64,000 bases of DNA from Octopus sinensis (taxonomy: Eukaryota): assembly GCF_006345805.1 (NCBI RefSeq), contig NC_043004.1, forward strand, positions 34,596,001-34,660,000, in the 5' to 3' direction. Shown in pieces: positions 1 to 11,399 of the stretch (its first letter is position 1; each line of letters starts with the position of its first letter). The notes beneath the pieces were generated by a model, which did no database searches, was not told where the DNA came from, and saw only the letters and a program-made list of their open reading frames with translations. The translations under genes were made by a program, and so were the position numbers.

Positions 1-83
1 GAAAATAAACAAAAGACAAAGGCAGGTGGAGTACAAACAGACAATTGTATTAGTATGGCGTTCAGGAATAGAAATAAAACAAG

Positions 84-121
84 TCTTTTACGTTTCGAGC
101 CTACGTTCTTCAACAGAAAGA
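84..121 (-). ncRNA. Minimal type-I hammerhead ribozyme-like motif (PLE pLTR)
   Basis: Minus strand UCUUU CUGUUGA A GAAC GUAG GCUC GAAAC GUA AAAGA: helix I UCUUU/AAAGA, helix II with one mismatch, palindromic AC/GU helix III, GUA triplet; core has U at position 6. Confidence 0.7.
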
Positions 122-855
122 TACACAGAAAAGAAACACGGAGAGAAACAAGGAGAGGAAAAAAATGCGTGCAGGAGCTAACGATTTAACATGGCGGTCT
201 GATTTCAGCCAGAAGTCAGAGATCAGACGTTAGATGCAAGAGGGATAGTAGGGGAGATAACAAGGCCAAATGACCTCGCCCCAACATAAGGGTGCGTGTG
301 TGTATGAGGGAGTATGTATGTGCATATGAAAGGTCTGGACGTGTGTATGTATGTATGATGTGATGTGTAATGTCGTATGGTGTAGTGTAGTGTCGTATGG
401 TGTAGTGTAGTGTAGTGTGGTGGGAGGTGGGGAAAGCCCATGTGGGGTGTAGGTTCGGCTGGGGGTTGGGGTAGAGTGGGGTTGTGGGGAGAGTGAAAGG
501 GGGAGAGAAGAGAGGGAGGAGTGGAGGAGGGAAGAGAGATGACGGGGAGGAGAGATAGGAGATGAGGGGGAGAGGGGAGGAGGAGGGAGGAGAGATGAGG
601 GGGCAGAGAGGAGATGAGATTGGGGGGAGGGGGGAAAGAAGGAAGGAGAGGAGAGGGGGAAGAAAGGAGAGGAGAAGAGGAGGGGAGGGGGGAGTGAGGG
701 AACAGAGAGAAAGAGAGAAGGGGAAGAGGGAAGAAGAAAGAGGAAAGAAGAGGAGGGAAAGGGAGTAGGGGTGAAAAGATGAAGGACTGAAGAGAAGTAG
801 GGGTCGGGGGGGGGAGGTTAGATGATAGGGGAGAGGTTAGATGAGAAGGGGGAGT

Positions 856-1230
856 GTTGAGACTGAATGGCATGAAAGAGCGAAGAGAGAAGATTAATTC
901 CTGTTCACGGTGCAAACGGGAATCCGGATGGCCTCTGTGCAAGGACAATCCGAACACAGACAGGTGTTGCAAGGAGTGACCGGTGGAGCGGAAATGGCGT
1001 GAGACCGGTGTGTCATTGGCAAGACGAATGTCATGGAGGTGTTCCACGAACCGGTCAGCCAAGTGGCGTCCCGTTTGTCCGATGTACAGGAAATGGCAGA
1101 GAGAGCAGGAGATGCAATAGATGATATTGCTGGAGGTGCAGGTGAAGAAGTTGATAATGCGATAGGGTCGATGATGGGTGCCAGTGAGGAGGGTGGCATT
1201 GGAGAGGTAAGAGCAAGTGCGGCAACGAGC
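856..1230 (-). pseudogene. GIY-YIG endonuclease domain of the PLE (open reading, but detached from RT)
   Basis: IY..YIG, R, EH, E and terminal N residues of GIY-YIG are all present; frameshift near 1240-1260 and no upstream RT. Confidence 0.85.
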
Positions 1231-1404
1231 CAGGTTGGGAGGTAGGGTCAGGGAAGGAGCTGTGGACCAAGAGGTCTCGTAGTTTATGGGCTTGTTTGAA
1301 GGAGGGGAGGGGTCGGTTAGGGAAGAGGTGTGAAGTGGACGGGTCGGACTGGAGATGCCGGAAAGCATAATATATATATATATATATATATACATAAGTA
1401 TGTA

Positions 1405-2757
1405 TGTATATATATGGACACATACGAGGTGCAGCAACATCAAAGGAAGATTAATCAGGAAGATAGCTTTCGTGTGCGTCACAGGGACAATAAACACCAC
1501 AGATGCTCAGAAAACAGATTCCATCACACTCCAGGGGGAGAAACTAGAAGTAGTTGATAGCTTCCACTACCTAGGTGACCAAGTTAGTAGTGGAGGTGGA
1601 TGCTTAGAGAGTGTTACCACTAGAATAAGAATAGCCTAGGCAAAGTTTAGGAAGATTCTATCTCTGCTGGTGACAAAGGGCCTCTCGCTCAGAGTGAAAA
1701 GTAGATTGTATGATGCATGTGTGCAAACTGCCATGCTTCACGGCAGTGAAACATGGGCCCTAACTGCAGAAGACATGCGTAGACTTGAAAGAAATGAAGC
1801 TAGCATGATCCGCTGGATGTGTAATGTCAGTGTGCACATACGACAGAGTGTAAGAGCCCTGAGAGAAATGTTGGACACATTTGTGCTGCTATGGTCATGT
1901 ACTATGGATGAATGCAGAGAGATGTGTGAAGAAGTGCCACTCCCAAACAGTTGAAAGAATCCGGGGTAGAGGTAGACCCAGGAAGACATGGAATGAGATA
2001 GTGAAGCATGACCTTCGAATGTTGGGCCTCACAGAAGCAATGACAAAAGATCGAGACCTCTGGAGATATGCTGTGGCTACGAAGACCCAGCAAATAAAGT
2101 GTGTTCATAGCTGTATCCTACACCAGTTTTGCATAACTAGCACCAGCCCATTCATAAGTACCTTGGATCATAGGGCAACTTGCTGTGCTTGCGGTGACCT
2201 ATTGAGTCAAGTACATCAACATCAAAAAAAAATCAAATGGAAATTGTAGTTGTGATACATGTTCTGGTGGCACGTAAAAAGCAACATCCGAACATGGCTG
2301 ATGCCAGCACTGCCTTGACTGGCTTCCATGCCTGTGGCACATAAAAAGCACCATCTGATCATAGCCGTTGCTATAACCTCCTCTGGCCCTTGTGCCGGTG
2401 GTGTTTAAAAAGCATCCACCACAAAGTTTAGGAAGCTTCTACCCCTGCTGGTGACAAAGGGCCTCTCACTCAGAGTGAAAAGTAGATTGTACGATGCATG
2501 TGTGCAATCTGCCATGCTTCACGGCAGTGAAACATAAGCTGTGACTGCTGAGGACATGCGTAGGCTCGAAAGAAATGAAGCTAGCATGATTTGCTGGATG
2601 TGGTTTGGCGTTAGGAAGGGCATCCTGCTGTAGCAACACTGCCAGATCAGACTGGAGCCTGGTGCAACCTCCTGGCTTCCGAGACCCCAGTAGAACTGTC
2701 CAACTCGTTCTAGCATGGAAAACAGATGTTAAATGATGATGATGATGATGATGATGA
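1405..2757 (+). mobile_element. RTE-clade LINE 3' fragment, rearranged, with (GAT)n tail
   Basis: LEVVDSFHYLGDQVSSGGGC..RIRIA*AKF, GLSLRVKSRLYDACV..MLHGSETW, RGRGRPRKTW..DLW; 3' UTR; ends TTAAATGATGATG at about 2729-2757. Confidence 0.92.
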
Positions 2758-2769
2758 TATATAAATGTA

Positions 2770-3048
2770 TATATCATCAATTCCTGGTACTGTATTGGGA
2801 TCTTGTGGAAGACACTTTATTTCACATTGCTCCAGTCCACTCAGCTGGCAAAGACAAATTGTACCTGTAATTGAAAGGGGCCAGCCTTGTCACATTCTGT
2901 GTAACCCTGAATCTCGCTGAAAACTATGTTAAGGGTACATGTGTTGGTAAAGTGCTCAGCTCCTTCCACACTAATTTCACAAGCAGCTTGTTCAGATGAT
3001 TGGATCAGCAGGAACATTTGGCATCATAACTGAAAGAGTGCCAGTTCT
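2770..3048 (+). mobile_element. Degenerate SINE (5'-truncated), body shared with the 48144 copy and tail shared with the 9495 copy
   Basis: cacattgctccagtccactcagctggcaaa matches the 48.25 kb copy; ttgtacctg..ccagccttgtcaca..taatttcacaagca matches 9.68-9.81 kb. Confidence 0.7.
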
Positions 3049-4132
3049 TAGTTTTATTGATTATGTTCCAAAATAAAAAGGATTTCCCCAAATCTAAAAT
3101 CACATCAACTGTAACTCCTTTTCTCTTTTCTCATCTGTTAAGAATATATGGTAAGTTCAACATTCAAATCAACAAGGGATTCTTCAGATGAAAGCATTCC
3201 AAATGTGACTATCCCAACATCTTTTCTTATGAAATCAATCCACCTGTCCGCATCCTGCTTTATTTTATGAAATTAGAGTTTATTTTTCAAATTTCCCAAA
3301 CAAGACTATCTCATTAAAAAAAAATTTTTGTGGATTCAGGAATTTTTTTCCACATTAGTAAATCAGAAGTTTTCCTATAATGATCAGTTTTCTATTTTCA
3401 AATTCTATTTTCAAATTCTATTTCCAAATTCAAATAGAGACAACAAATCAAAATTAATTAGTGAGCAATACAAAACAAAATTAATAGAATTTAATACAAT
3501 TATCTCCCCCTTCTCATTTAGCATTTCTAACAGCTATCACTAATTTTTTTTTGTTTCTCTGCTCTGTCTACGAGTGAAAGTTTTATAAAATAATAATTTA
3601 TCATTTATGACATTCAGTACACACACGTATCTGTCAAATTCATTATCCAAATTTACACAACTGGTCCCTTAGAATTATTGTCTTTAGCTCCTTTACTTTT
3701 TTAATTATGCAAATTACTCTTGGCCAAGTACATACTAACCTCTTTTAGAGAATATTAAATTATCCACATACATTTGGAGACGATAAAGATTATGCGGTGT
3801 TAATACTAAGGCCAAACTGAGGCCAGCCTGCTCTCATCTCTGAAAATATAATCAGAAAAGTCCTTTTTGCCTCAGCCTGTTTATTAACCATGAAATTATT
3901 CTTAAATTTTTTTAGTGTATTTCCTTTTCTCAATCAGAGTTGCAAACAATTTTCTGTTTTTCTGTTTTTGAAATTCTTCTCTCTCCACAAGGGAAATTTT
4001 ATTTTCCATATCAAGAGTGCATATATCATCATTATCGTTTAACGTCCGTTTTCCATGCTAGCATATATATATAATTAAAATAAGCAACAAGGATATCCAG
4101 AAGTAATGCATATATATATATATATATATATA

Positions 4133-4427
4133 TGTTACCGATCACTGCGACTGACCAGGCTATCAGATGTTGCTACACATCACTGGTCACAATGCGCTTT
4201 GCATTGTTTTAGCCTTCAAATGACGCCACCCCGCTGGCTAAGCGAGCAGGCCAATAGAAGAAAGAGTGAAAGAAAGTTGTGACGAAAGAGTACTGCAGGG
4301 ATCGCCACCACCCCCTGCCGGAGCCTCGTGGAGCTTTAGGTGTTTTCGGTCAATAAACACACACAACGCCCGGTCTGGGAATCGAAACCGCGAGCCCGCT
4401 GCCCTAACCACTGGGCCATTGTGCCTC

Positions 4428-4428
<1 letters not shown>
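4133..4428 (-). mobile_element. tRNA-derived SINE
   Basis: Minus strand A-box TGGCCCAGTGG and B-box-like GGTTTCGATTCCC; body matches the 9495-9660 copy; sits between (TA)n/(CA)n tracts. Confidence 0.8.
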
Positions 4429-5091
<663 letters not shown>

Positions 5092-6563
5092 TGAAGAACA
5101 GAATCAATGGTAATTTGAAATGTATCCCTAAATCATGTGTTCTTTAACAGTTTTTACACAAAACCAGTCATCTGAAAGACCATTCAGGTAGAGGTTTTAG
5201 TAAGCATTCAAGATTTTTTTTGTTTTTACATATTCAGAACAATACTCATTATATATTAACCATAAAGAATTATACATTGTACAAGGAAGGAAGCATTTTC
5301 TTTGGTGTAAAGGAAGAAATAGACAAATTAGTATTCAATTACAAATAGCTCTTAATTTCATTTTCTATCCTTAAACCAGTTGTATTAAAGAAAATATTTA
5401 AAATTCCTCCCAATTATCAATGTATCTTCTAGATAAAAACCATTTTAAAACAAGCTTGACAATTCCTGTATAAATAAATCAGATAGGTGTTGGCAGAATA
5501 AAAATCTAAATGTTTGTTTTTACTACTTGAATAAACAGCAAACCAGCTCCAGAATGTTAATCTAATGAAAGGGTTAAATCTAAAAAGTTTCATCTTAAAT
5601 CTTAGAATTATTTTTTTTTTTAACAATATCATAATATTCATGTCAGTCTACAACATGAAACAGTATGTTTGTTATTTTGTAGTTTTTAATTTTATTTTTA
5701 TTTTCAGGTATTGTTTTCTTTTTCAGTTTTAAATTCTAATCTTCAGTGAACATGAAAAAAGCCAAAGTAAAAGAAAAGAAAGTGCTATCAGATGGTTAAC
5801 AAATATTTCCTATTCTTCCAAGCCATTTCTATTCTCAATAAATAGTATTCTATGAATATCAATTTTTCTTCAGAGATAAAAGATAGTTTTGTAACTTTTT
5901 AATCTAAAATTCTGACTTTATTTTCAGTTTTGTTGCATTGAATTAATGTGTTGCTCTTGTATTTTTATCTTCATGTTGTTTCATGGCATTTCAAATGAGA
6001 GGGTTCTGATTGTCTTCTGGTAGGAAATAGCCAATATTTTCAAATTGTTTAATACTCTCCACCATTATTGTTGAGGATGTTATTCAGTTAAGACAATGGA
6101 GGTGAGGAAAAATGGAAAATGTCATATTCTTCTACTGATATAGAAGAGGATGTAGTGACTCTAGCACAATTGAACATAGATTCTAACAGTTCAGACTCTG
6201 TTAATAAAACTGTAAAAGATGGAGTAATAGGCAGGAAACAGATGATGGAACATTTGCAGTGACAGGTTTTTTATAATTTTTATATAGTTACAATCTAAAA
6301 CATACGACTGTCACAACTGTAAGGGATTCCCAGACACATTATTCCATTCTGAGCCAATATAGTTTTGCTCGTTGAAACTAGAAGCTCCAGTATTCTACAA
6401 ATTCTCTGACAGAATTTTGAGTCAACTTGAAATGATTGGTGATAGAGTTGACAGTAGAGTCGTGGAATTACTGCTCTTATTTTGATTAACACTTTCGTTA
6501 CCATAATTTAGTTGTAATACATTGCTCATTTTGCAATTAATTTCGAAAATAATGAAGGATTTA

Positions 6564-6934
6564 TTTTCATTATTTACCCATGGGCATATGGCATAGTGGT
6601 TAAAAGCATGGGCTACTAACTCCAAGATTCCGAGCAGTGACCTGAACAACAACAACAACAACAGCAACAGCAGCAGCAGCAGCAGCAGGAGCAGCAGCAA
6701 CAACAACAACAAAAGCAACAACAACAAAAACAACAACAACAATAACATAGAAAAATATACCTTAGGAATTAGAACACAGGTTTGAAATTTCCCCTAGCCA
6801 CCTGAAGAAGGCTGGAGGGTATATCAGCTGAAACGTTGTGTTAACAACAAACAAGATGAGGACAAATATCTATTGAATGTAAATAATGTAAATAAGGCAC
6901 ATAATTCCTCATCTCTTAAATATAGAACTGTATT
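6564..6934 (+). mobile_element. tRNA-head + (AAC/CAG)n + hammerhead retroposon (PLE pLTR module) with 12-bp target-site duplication
   Basis: Homologous to 56165-56411 and 42531-42816; ATGAAGGATTTA duplicated at 6552-6563 and 6935-6946. Confidence 0.85.
6799..6842 (+). ncRNA. Minimal type-I hammerhead motif
   Basis: CAC CUGAAGA A GGCUG gagggtatat CAGCU GAAAC GUU GUG: 5-bp helix II, palindromic ACGU helix III, GUU triplet. Confidence 0.7.
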
Positions 6935-8349
6935 ATGAAGGATTTAGTAAAATAACTCAGTCATTATTCAGCTCTTGCTTGAATCATAAATCAGCATGAA
7001 ATGTTGATCACTTTTAAACAAAGAATGTGTAGCCTGGAACCAGGGTCTCTTCTCAAACATGTTGGTAGGAAAAGAATTAAAACTTCTTATTCTACTATCA
7101 TTAGCACCCTGTATTGTGTGCAATAATGAATTATTCCACTCTCTGATCTCTATTTACAGTTTTTATGGATTTGGCTGTTAGAAGACCCTTTTTTTTTTGC
7201 AGATGGAAACATCACACTACTTGGCTCGGGACACTGTACTGACCCCTCATGTGATTATTAAATATCTTACTCATCTGTGGTTTTTGAGATTTTCTAAAAC
7301 TTGTATATGGAAGAAATTATGGCTCATTCAGAATTTACTATGGTTCTCTCTCTCTTTTGCTCTCTCTCTCTCTCTCTGCCTCACACACACACACACTTGT
7401 ACGTCACTGTAGTTGTGTCGATATACTTGTCACTTCTTCAAACTGAAACATCTGTGGACAACACCACAGAACTTCCTTCTCTTTGTTCCAATACTACAAA
7501 CACATTTTCCAAACTAATACCCAACGACTCATTTTTTTTTTTACTGTAACACAAATCTTTCTTCTGCTAGTGCCGATTCAACATGTATCCAAAATACATT
7601 CTCTTTTCAATTCTTTCCTACAAATGGAATGGAATATAATTTATTTCACACACACACACACACACACACATACACGCTACACACCACACGCTCCATCTCA
7701 CCTCTCCTACTTGAACATCGCCGAGAAAAAGTGCTTCTGGTTACTCAGGCTGAAGGTCTCATTTCCTGACATCTCCAAGATTTATAAGTTCACTCTATCG
7801 TTCTCCGCTAATTAAACATGCCATTAACAATTTTCCACACTCACCCCAAGTGGCAAAGCCGACGCATGTCTCAACTCTTTTAAAATATCGTTCACAACAA
7901 CAAGAACAACTACAAAATAAAGAACAAATCAACAACTTCTATTCACCAAGAGCTACAGCAAAAGTGCAATTCCATCTTAGATCCCAATAGCTGAGGGCAA
8001 CTAACTAACAATGAACGCTACTTGAAGATTTACATAAAATTTAAAATTTTGCATACTCGTACAAATACACATTCCACTTAAATGTTACACGCTCTGTATA
8101 TAAACGCACACACACACGTTTCTATGTGTAAACGTGTGTGTACTTCAGTGTATGCTTGTATGTATAAATGCAGCCGCGTAGAGATGGGAGTGTAAGCATG
8201 GTTGTACGGCTTAGAATTTGCTTTGCAACCACATGGTCTCTGCTTCAATTCCAGTGCGCAGCAAATTGGACCAGAGTCTTATTTTATAGCCCCGAGCTGA
8301 GTAAAACCTCATAAGGAAATTTAGAAGAGAGAAACTGAAAAGAAACCTG

Positions 8350-8381
<32 letters not shown>

Positions 8382-8591
8382 ACGTGCACACATGTCTGAA
8401 TGTGTGTTTCCTCATATTGAGCTATGTGCTTATTGTCAAGAAATATCATTTTGCTTGGAACCAAGTGTTAATTGGCAACAGGAAGGGCATCAAGTCTAAG
8501 AAAATCTACTTCACACACCAAGTTTTCTCTGGCTCATCCATTCCTGGAAAAGAAGTAATTAAAATAATGCCAACAATGATCCTGCTGCTAC

Positions 8592-8628
<37 letters not shown>

Positions 8629-8991
8629 AATGATGATGATGATGATGATCTTGATGATATCTATGAGGGGATACATGTTTTACTGCTTTTCTAAGGTAAT
8701 TTTTATTTCATATGTTTATCCATTCTTGATCGCTTTATAAACCTCCAGCTCATACTGCCAATAGCTGTCATATATTGGGGGACTGCAATACGAACAGTTG
8801 CTTTCAGTTCAGCTGTTGCTAATGAAGTTTAAAGTCACTGAAACATCACCCATGTCTGACGACTTTTAGATTCTGCCTCTGCACTTGGAAGGTTCTTTAG
8901 CATGAAACACTTCAATCACATGCAGTGGCTGTTATGACATTAAATTTATAATACATACATACATACATACATACATACATACATACATACA

Positions 8992-9036
<45 letters not shown>

Positions 9037-9362
9037 ATCAAAATAAGCAACAAGGATATCCAAAGTTAGTGTAGTACAATCGTTTCATGCTACTTCATTT
9101 AATCAAAGGCTGTAAGTATTACATCAGTTTTAAAAATTAAGAGCATTCATCAGCCACTTATGGAATTTAAAAAAAAATTAAATTGACAATATACATTTTT
9201 CTACTTAATTCCATTCGCCAACATTACAAACATTATTTTGATTGTTGCCAACATTATTTTGATTATAATCACCCCATTTGATTTATATAGATAATACCAT
9301 GCCAAATTCTGGTGCCTTTAACTTAAGTACGATATTCATCTGAATCTAAATTTTTGATGAAC
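9037..9362. mobile_element. PLE pLTR-like remnant with inversion, between (TACA)n/(TA)n tracts
   Basis: Minus-strand hammerhead-like motif followed by ..cttgttgcttattttgattat; the plus strand resumes with ttattttgattataatcacccc; distantly similar to 46660-46894; its left end also occurs at about 4071-4095. Confidence 0.55.
9071..9157 (-). ncRNA. Hammerhead-like motif with long helix-II loop
   Basis: GUGG CUGAUGA AUGC (52 nt) GCAU GAAAC GAUU GUA CUAC: helices I, II and III and a GUA triplet can all be drawn. Confidence 0.55.
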
Positions 9363-9494
9363 TATATATATATATATATACACACACATATATAGACATG
9401 TGTGTGTAAGCATATATATATGTGTGGAGGTGCTACTACGACCGAGATCTACACCCATGGTTGGCTTCACCCGGGCTCACACCAGTGGCTTCCA

Positions 9495-9808
9495 TGCCCA
9501 GTGGCTAGGGCAGCAGACTCATGGTCATAGGATCACGGTTTCGATTCCCCGATTAAGCATTGTGAGTGTTTATTGAGCAAAGGCACCTAAAGCTCCACGA
9601 GGCTCCAACAGGGAGGTGGGGTGGCACCCCCTGTGTTACTCCTTCACCACAAATTTGTCTCACTCTCTTTTCCTGTTTCTGTTGTACCTGCATTTCAAAG
9701 GGTCCAGCCTTGTCACACTCTGTGTCATGCTGAATCTCCCTGACAACTACATTAAGAGTACATGGGTCTGTGGAGTGCTCAGCCACTTGCATGTTAATTT
9801 CACAAGCA
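9495..9808 (+). mobile_element. tRNA-derived SINE, 3'-truncated at the 5S copy
   Basis: gcccagtggctagggcagc..ggtttcgattccc head; body matches the 4133-4428 copy; tail matches 2860-2990. Confidence 0.75.
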
Positions 9809-9809
9809 T

Positions 9810-9929
9810 GCTTACGGCCATATCATGTTGAAAGTACCAGTTCTCGTCTGATCACCGAAGTTAAGCAACATCAAGCCTAGTTAGTACTTAGATGGGTGAC
9901 CGCTTGAGAAACCTAGGTGCTGTAAGCAT
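9810..9929 (+). pseudogene. 5S: 5S rRNA-derived copy (about 120 nt, decayed)
   Basis: GCTTACGGCCATATCATGTTGAAAGTACCAGTTCTCGTCTGATCACCGAAGTTAAGCAAC..TAGTACTTAGATGGGTGACCGCTTG..GGTGCTGTAAGC: full-length 5S with box A and box C; several changes look like CpG decay; single copy, no immediate T-run terminator. Confidence 0.9.
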
Positions 9930-10149
9930 TAACAGTGGTGGTGCCCCAGCATGGCCGTGGCCCTCGGACTACAACATTTTTAAGGATTTAAGGATGTTTT
10001 GTGGGGTTACTGAAAGTTGAGTAAGCTGGTTTGATTCTTCATTCCACATTTTGCTTTTGGTGGAAATTACACTTCCAAAGTATGCAAAGAAAGTAATTTG
10101 ATCCTGTGGTGTGCACCTGAAATGATGATGTTAAAGTCCAGAAGGGCAG

Positions 10150-10640
10150 AATTTGAGGTGAGGACTTAAGCTGGGCAAGGACTTAAGATCTTTCAGTATT
10201 TACAGTGAGCCCAAAATGTTGATAAACATTGATAGACATTGATAAACATTGATAAAATTATTGAAATCCTGTTGCAGTTCTAAGCATGAGTGACTGAGTG
10301 CCACGCTGTCATCAGTGTACTGGAATTCTGAAATTCACTCGGCCCTGATGAGTTTCTTTGTCTGAAACTTCACCAGGTTGAAGAGTCCTCCATCAAAATG
10401 ACATCTGATATTCACTCCTGGCTGATCTGAGGGAAGTTCATACATCATTGCAGCAAGGTATACAGAGAAAAACATAGAAACAAATAAACACAAAATTATA
10501 GAAAGGACGAGAGCCAATGGCAAGGGGTGGATCATGACGTGCCAGAAGGTGACCCACACCCTGTAATTTCAAGACCTTCTTCTGCTGCACAGGAAGCATG
10601 AGTCAGGCAGGATCTGCAGATAAAACTGCTATGGACTGCC
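10150..10640 (-). mobile_element. Degenerate LINE reverse-transcriptase fragment (RTE-like)
   Basis: Minus strand GVNIRCHFDGGLFNLVKFQTKK then EFQYTDDSVA (YADD-like), with stops and frameshifts. Confidence 0.7.
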
Positions 10641-11092
10641 ACAGGTTCTAAATTATGGTTGAATCATTTAGTCCATAGCCAGTGGGTCTGGCATTTCCCT
10701 CATGAGACATTTTATATCAATGTTTGTTTTTAAGTTATTAAAAACAATTTTTACATTAAATTGAAGGATTATTCAACACATCTGGTAGAATACAGATTTA
10801 CCATTCTTTAACAAGAATAGCATTGACAGTGACTTTGAAGTTTTGATTAGCTGAGGCATCATCTATGTATGTATACACACACACACACACACACACACAT
10901 ACACACATATATATCATCATCATCATCATCATCATCATTTAACGTCCGCTTTCCATGCTAGCATGGGTTGGACGGTTCAACTGGGGTCTGGGGAGCCCGA
11001 AAGCTGCACCAGTCCAGTCAGATCTGGCAGTGTTTCTACAGCTGGATGCCCTTCCTAACGCCAACCACTCCGAGAGTGTAGTGGGTGATTTT

Positions 11093-11280
11093 ATGTGCCA
11101 CCGACACAGGTGCCAGACAAGGCTGGCAAACGGCCACGCTCGGATGGTGTTTTTTATGTGCCACCGACACAGGTGCCAGACGAGGCTGGCAGACGGCCAC
11201 GCTCGGATGGTGTTTTTATGTGCCACCGACACAGGTGCCAGATGAGGCTGGCAAACGGCCACGATCGGATGGTGTTTGTT
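11093..11280. repeat. Three tandem 62-63 bp subunits of the RTE 3' UTR
   Basis: atgtgccaccgacacaggtgccaga starts at 11093, 11156 and 11218. Confidence 0.9.
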
Positions 11281-11399
11281 ACGTGCCCACAGCACGGAGG
11301 CCAGTCGATGCGGTACTGGCTACGGCCACGTTCGGATGGTTTTCTTGTGTGCCACGTGCCACCGGCACTGGTACCACAAAGATACAAATTCCATTGATG

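Larger units (their letters stand above)
1..1365 (-). mobile_element. 5'-truncated Penelope-like element (likely Neptune-type): linker + GIY-YIG endonuclease, pyrimidine-rich 3' UTR and pLTR with hammerhead motif
   Basis: Minus-strand translation LFPNRPLPSFKQAHKLRDLLVHSS (frame of ORF 1055-1423) then, after a frameshift, RCRTC...CTSSNIIYCISCSLCHFLYIGQTGRHLADRFVEH...REQELIFSL...SLN (ORF 223-1500): the PLE linker, CxxC and GIY-YIG pattern. The element stops at a (TA)n tract at about 1369. Confidence 0.9.

Noticed and set aside
223-1500. 425-aa ORF as a real gene
   Set aside because: It is a chimera: it starts antisense in an RTE, crosses (TA)n, runs through the PLE GIY-YIG and stays open only because the 3' UTR is pyrimidine-rich and stop-poor.
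5700-6265. Plus-strand acidic or lysine-rich coding pieces (possible DNA-transposon or gene exons)
   Set aside because: Short frames with no diagnostic motif; cannot be distinguished from background.
7427-7845. Minus-strand exons near a CpG-richer patch (MSGNETFSLSNQKHFFSAMF; YWNKEKEVLWCCPQMFQF)
   Set aside because: The splice phases do not join into an open frame, one implied intron is only 37 nt, and no homologue is recognised.
9810-9929. Functional 5S rRNA gene
   Set aside because: Single dispersed copy, many CpG-type substitutions and no adjacent terminator; treated as a pseudogene or SINE head.
10345-10368. CTGATGA...GAAAC hammerhead-like match
   Set aside because: No helix II or helix I pairing; it is the antisense strand of a LINE RT fragment.
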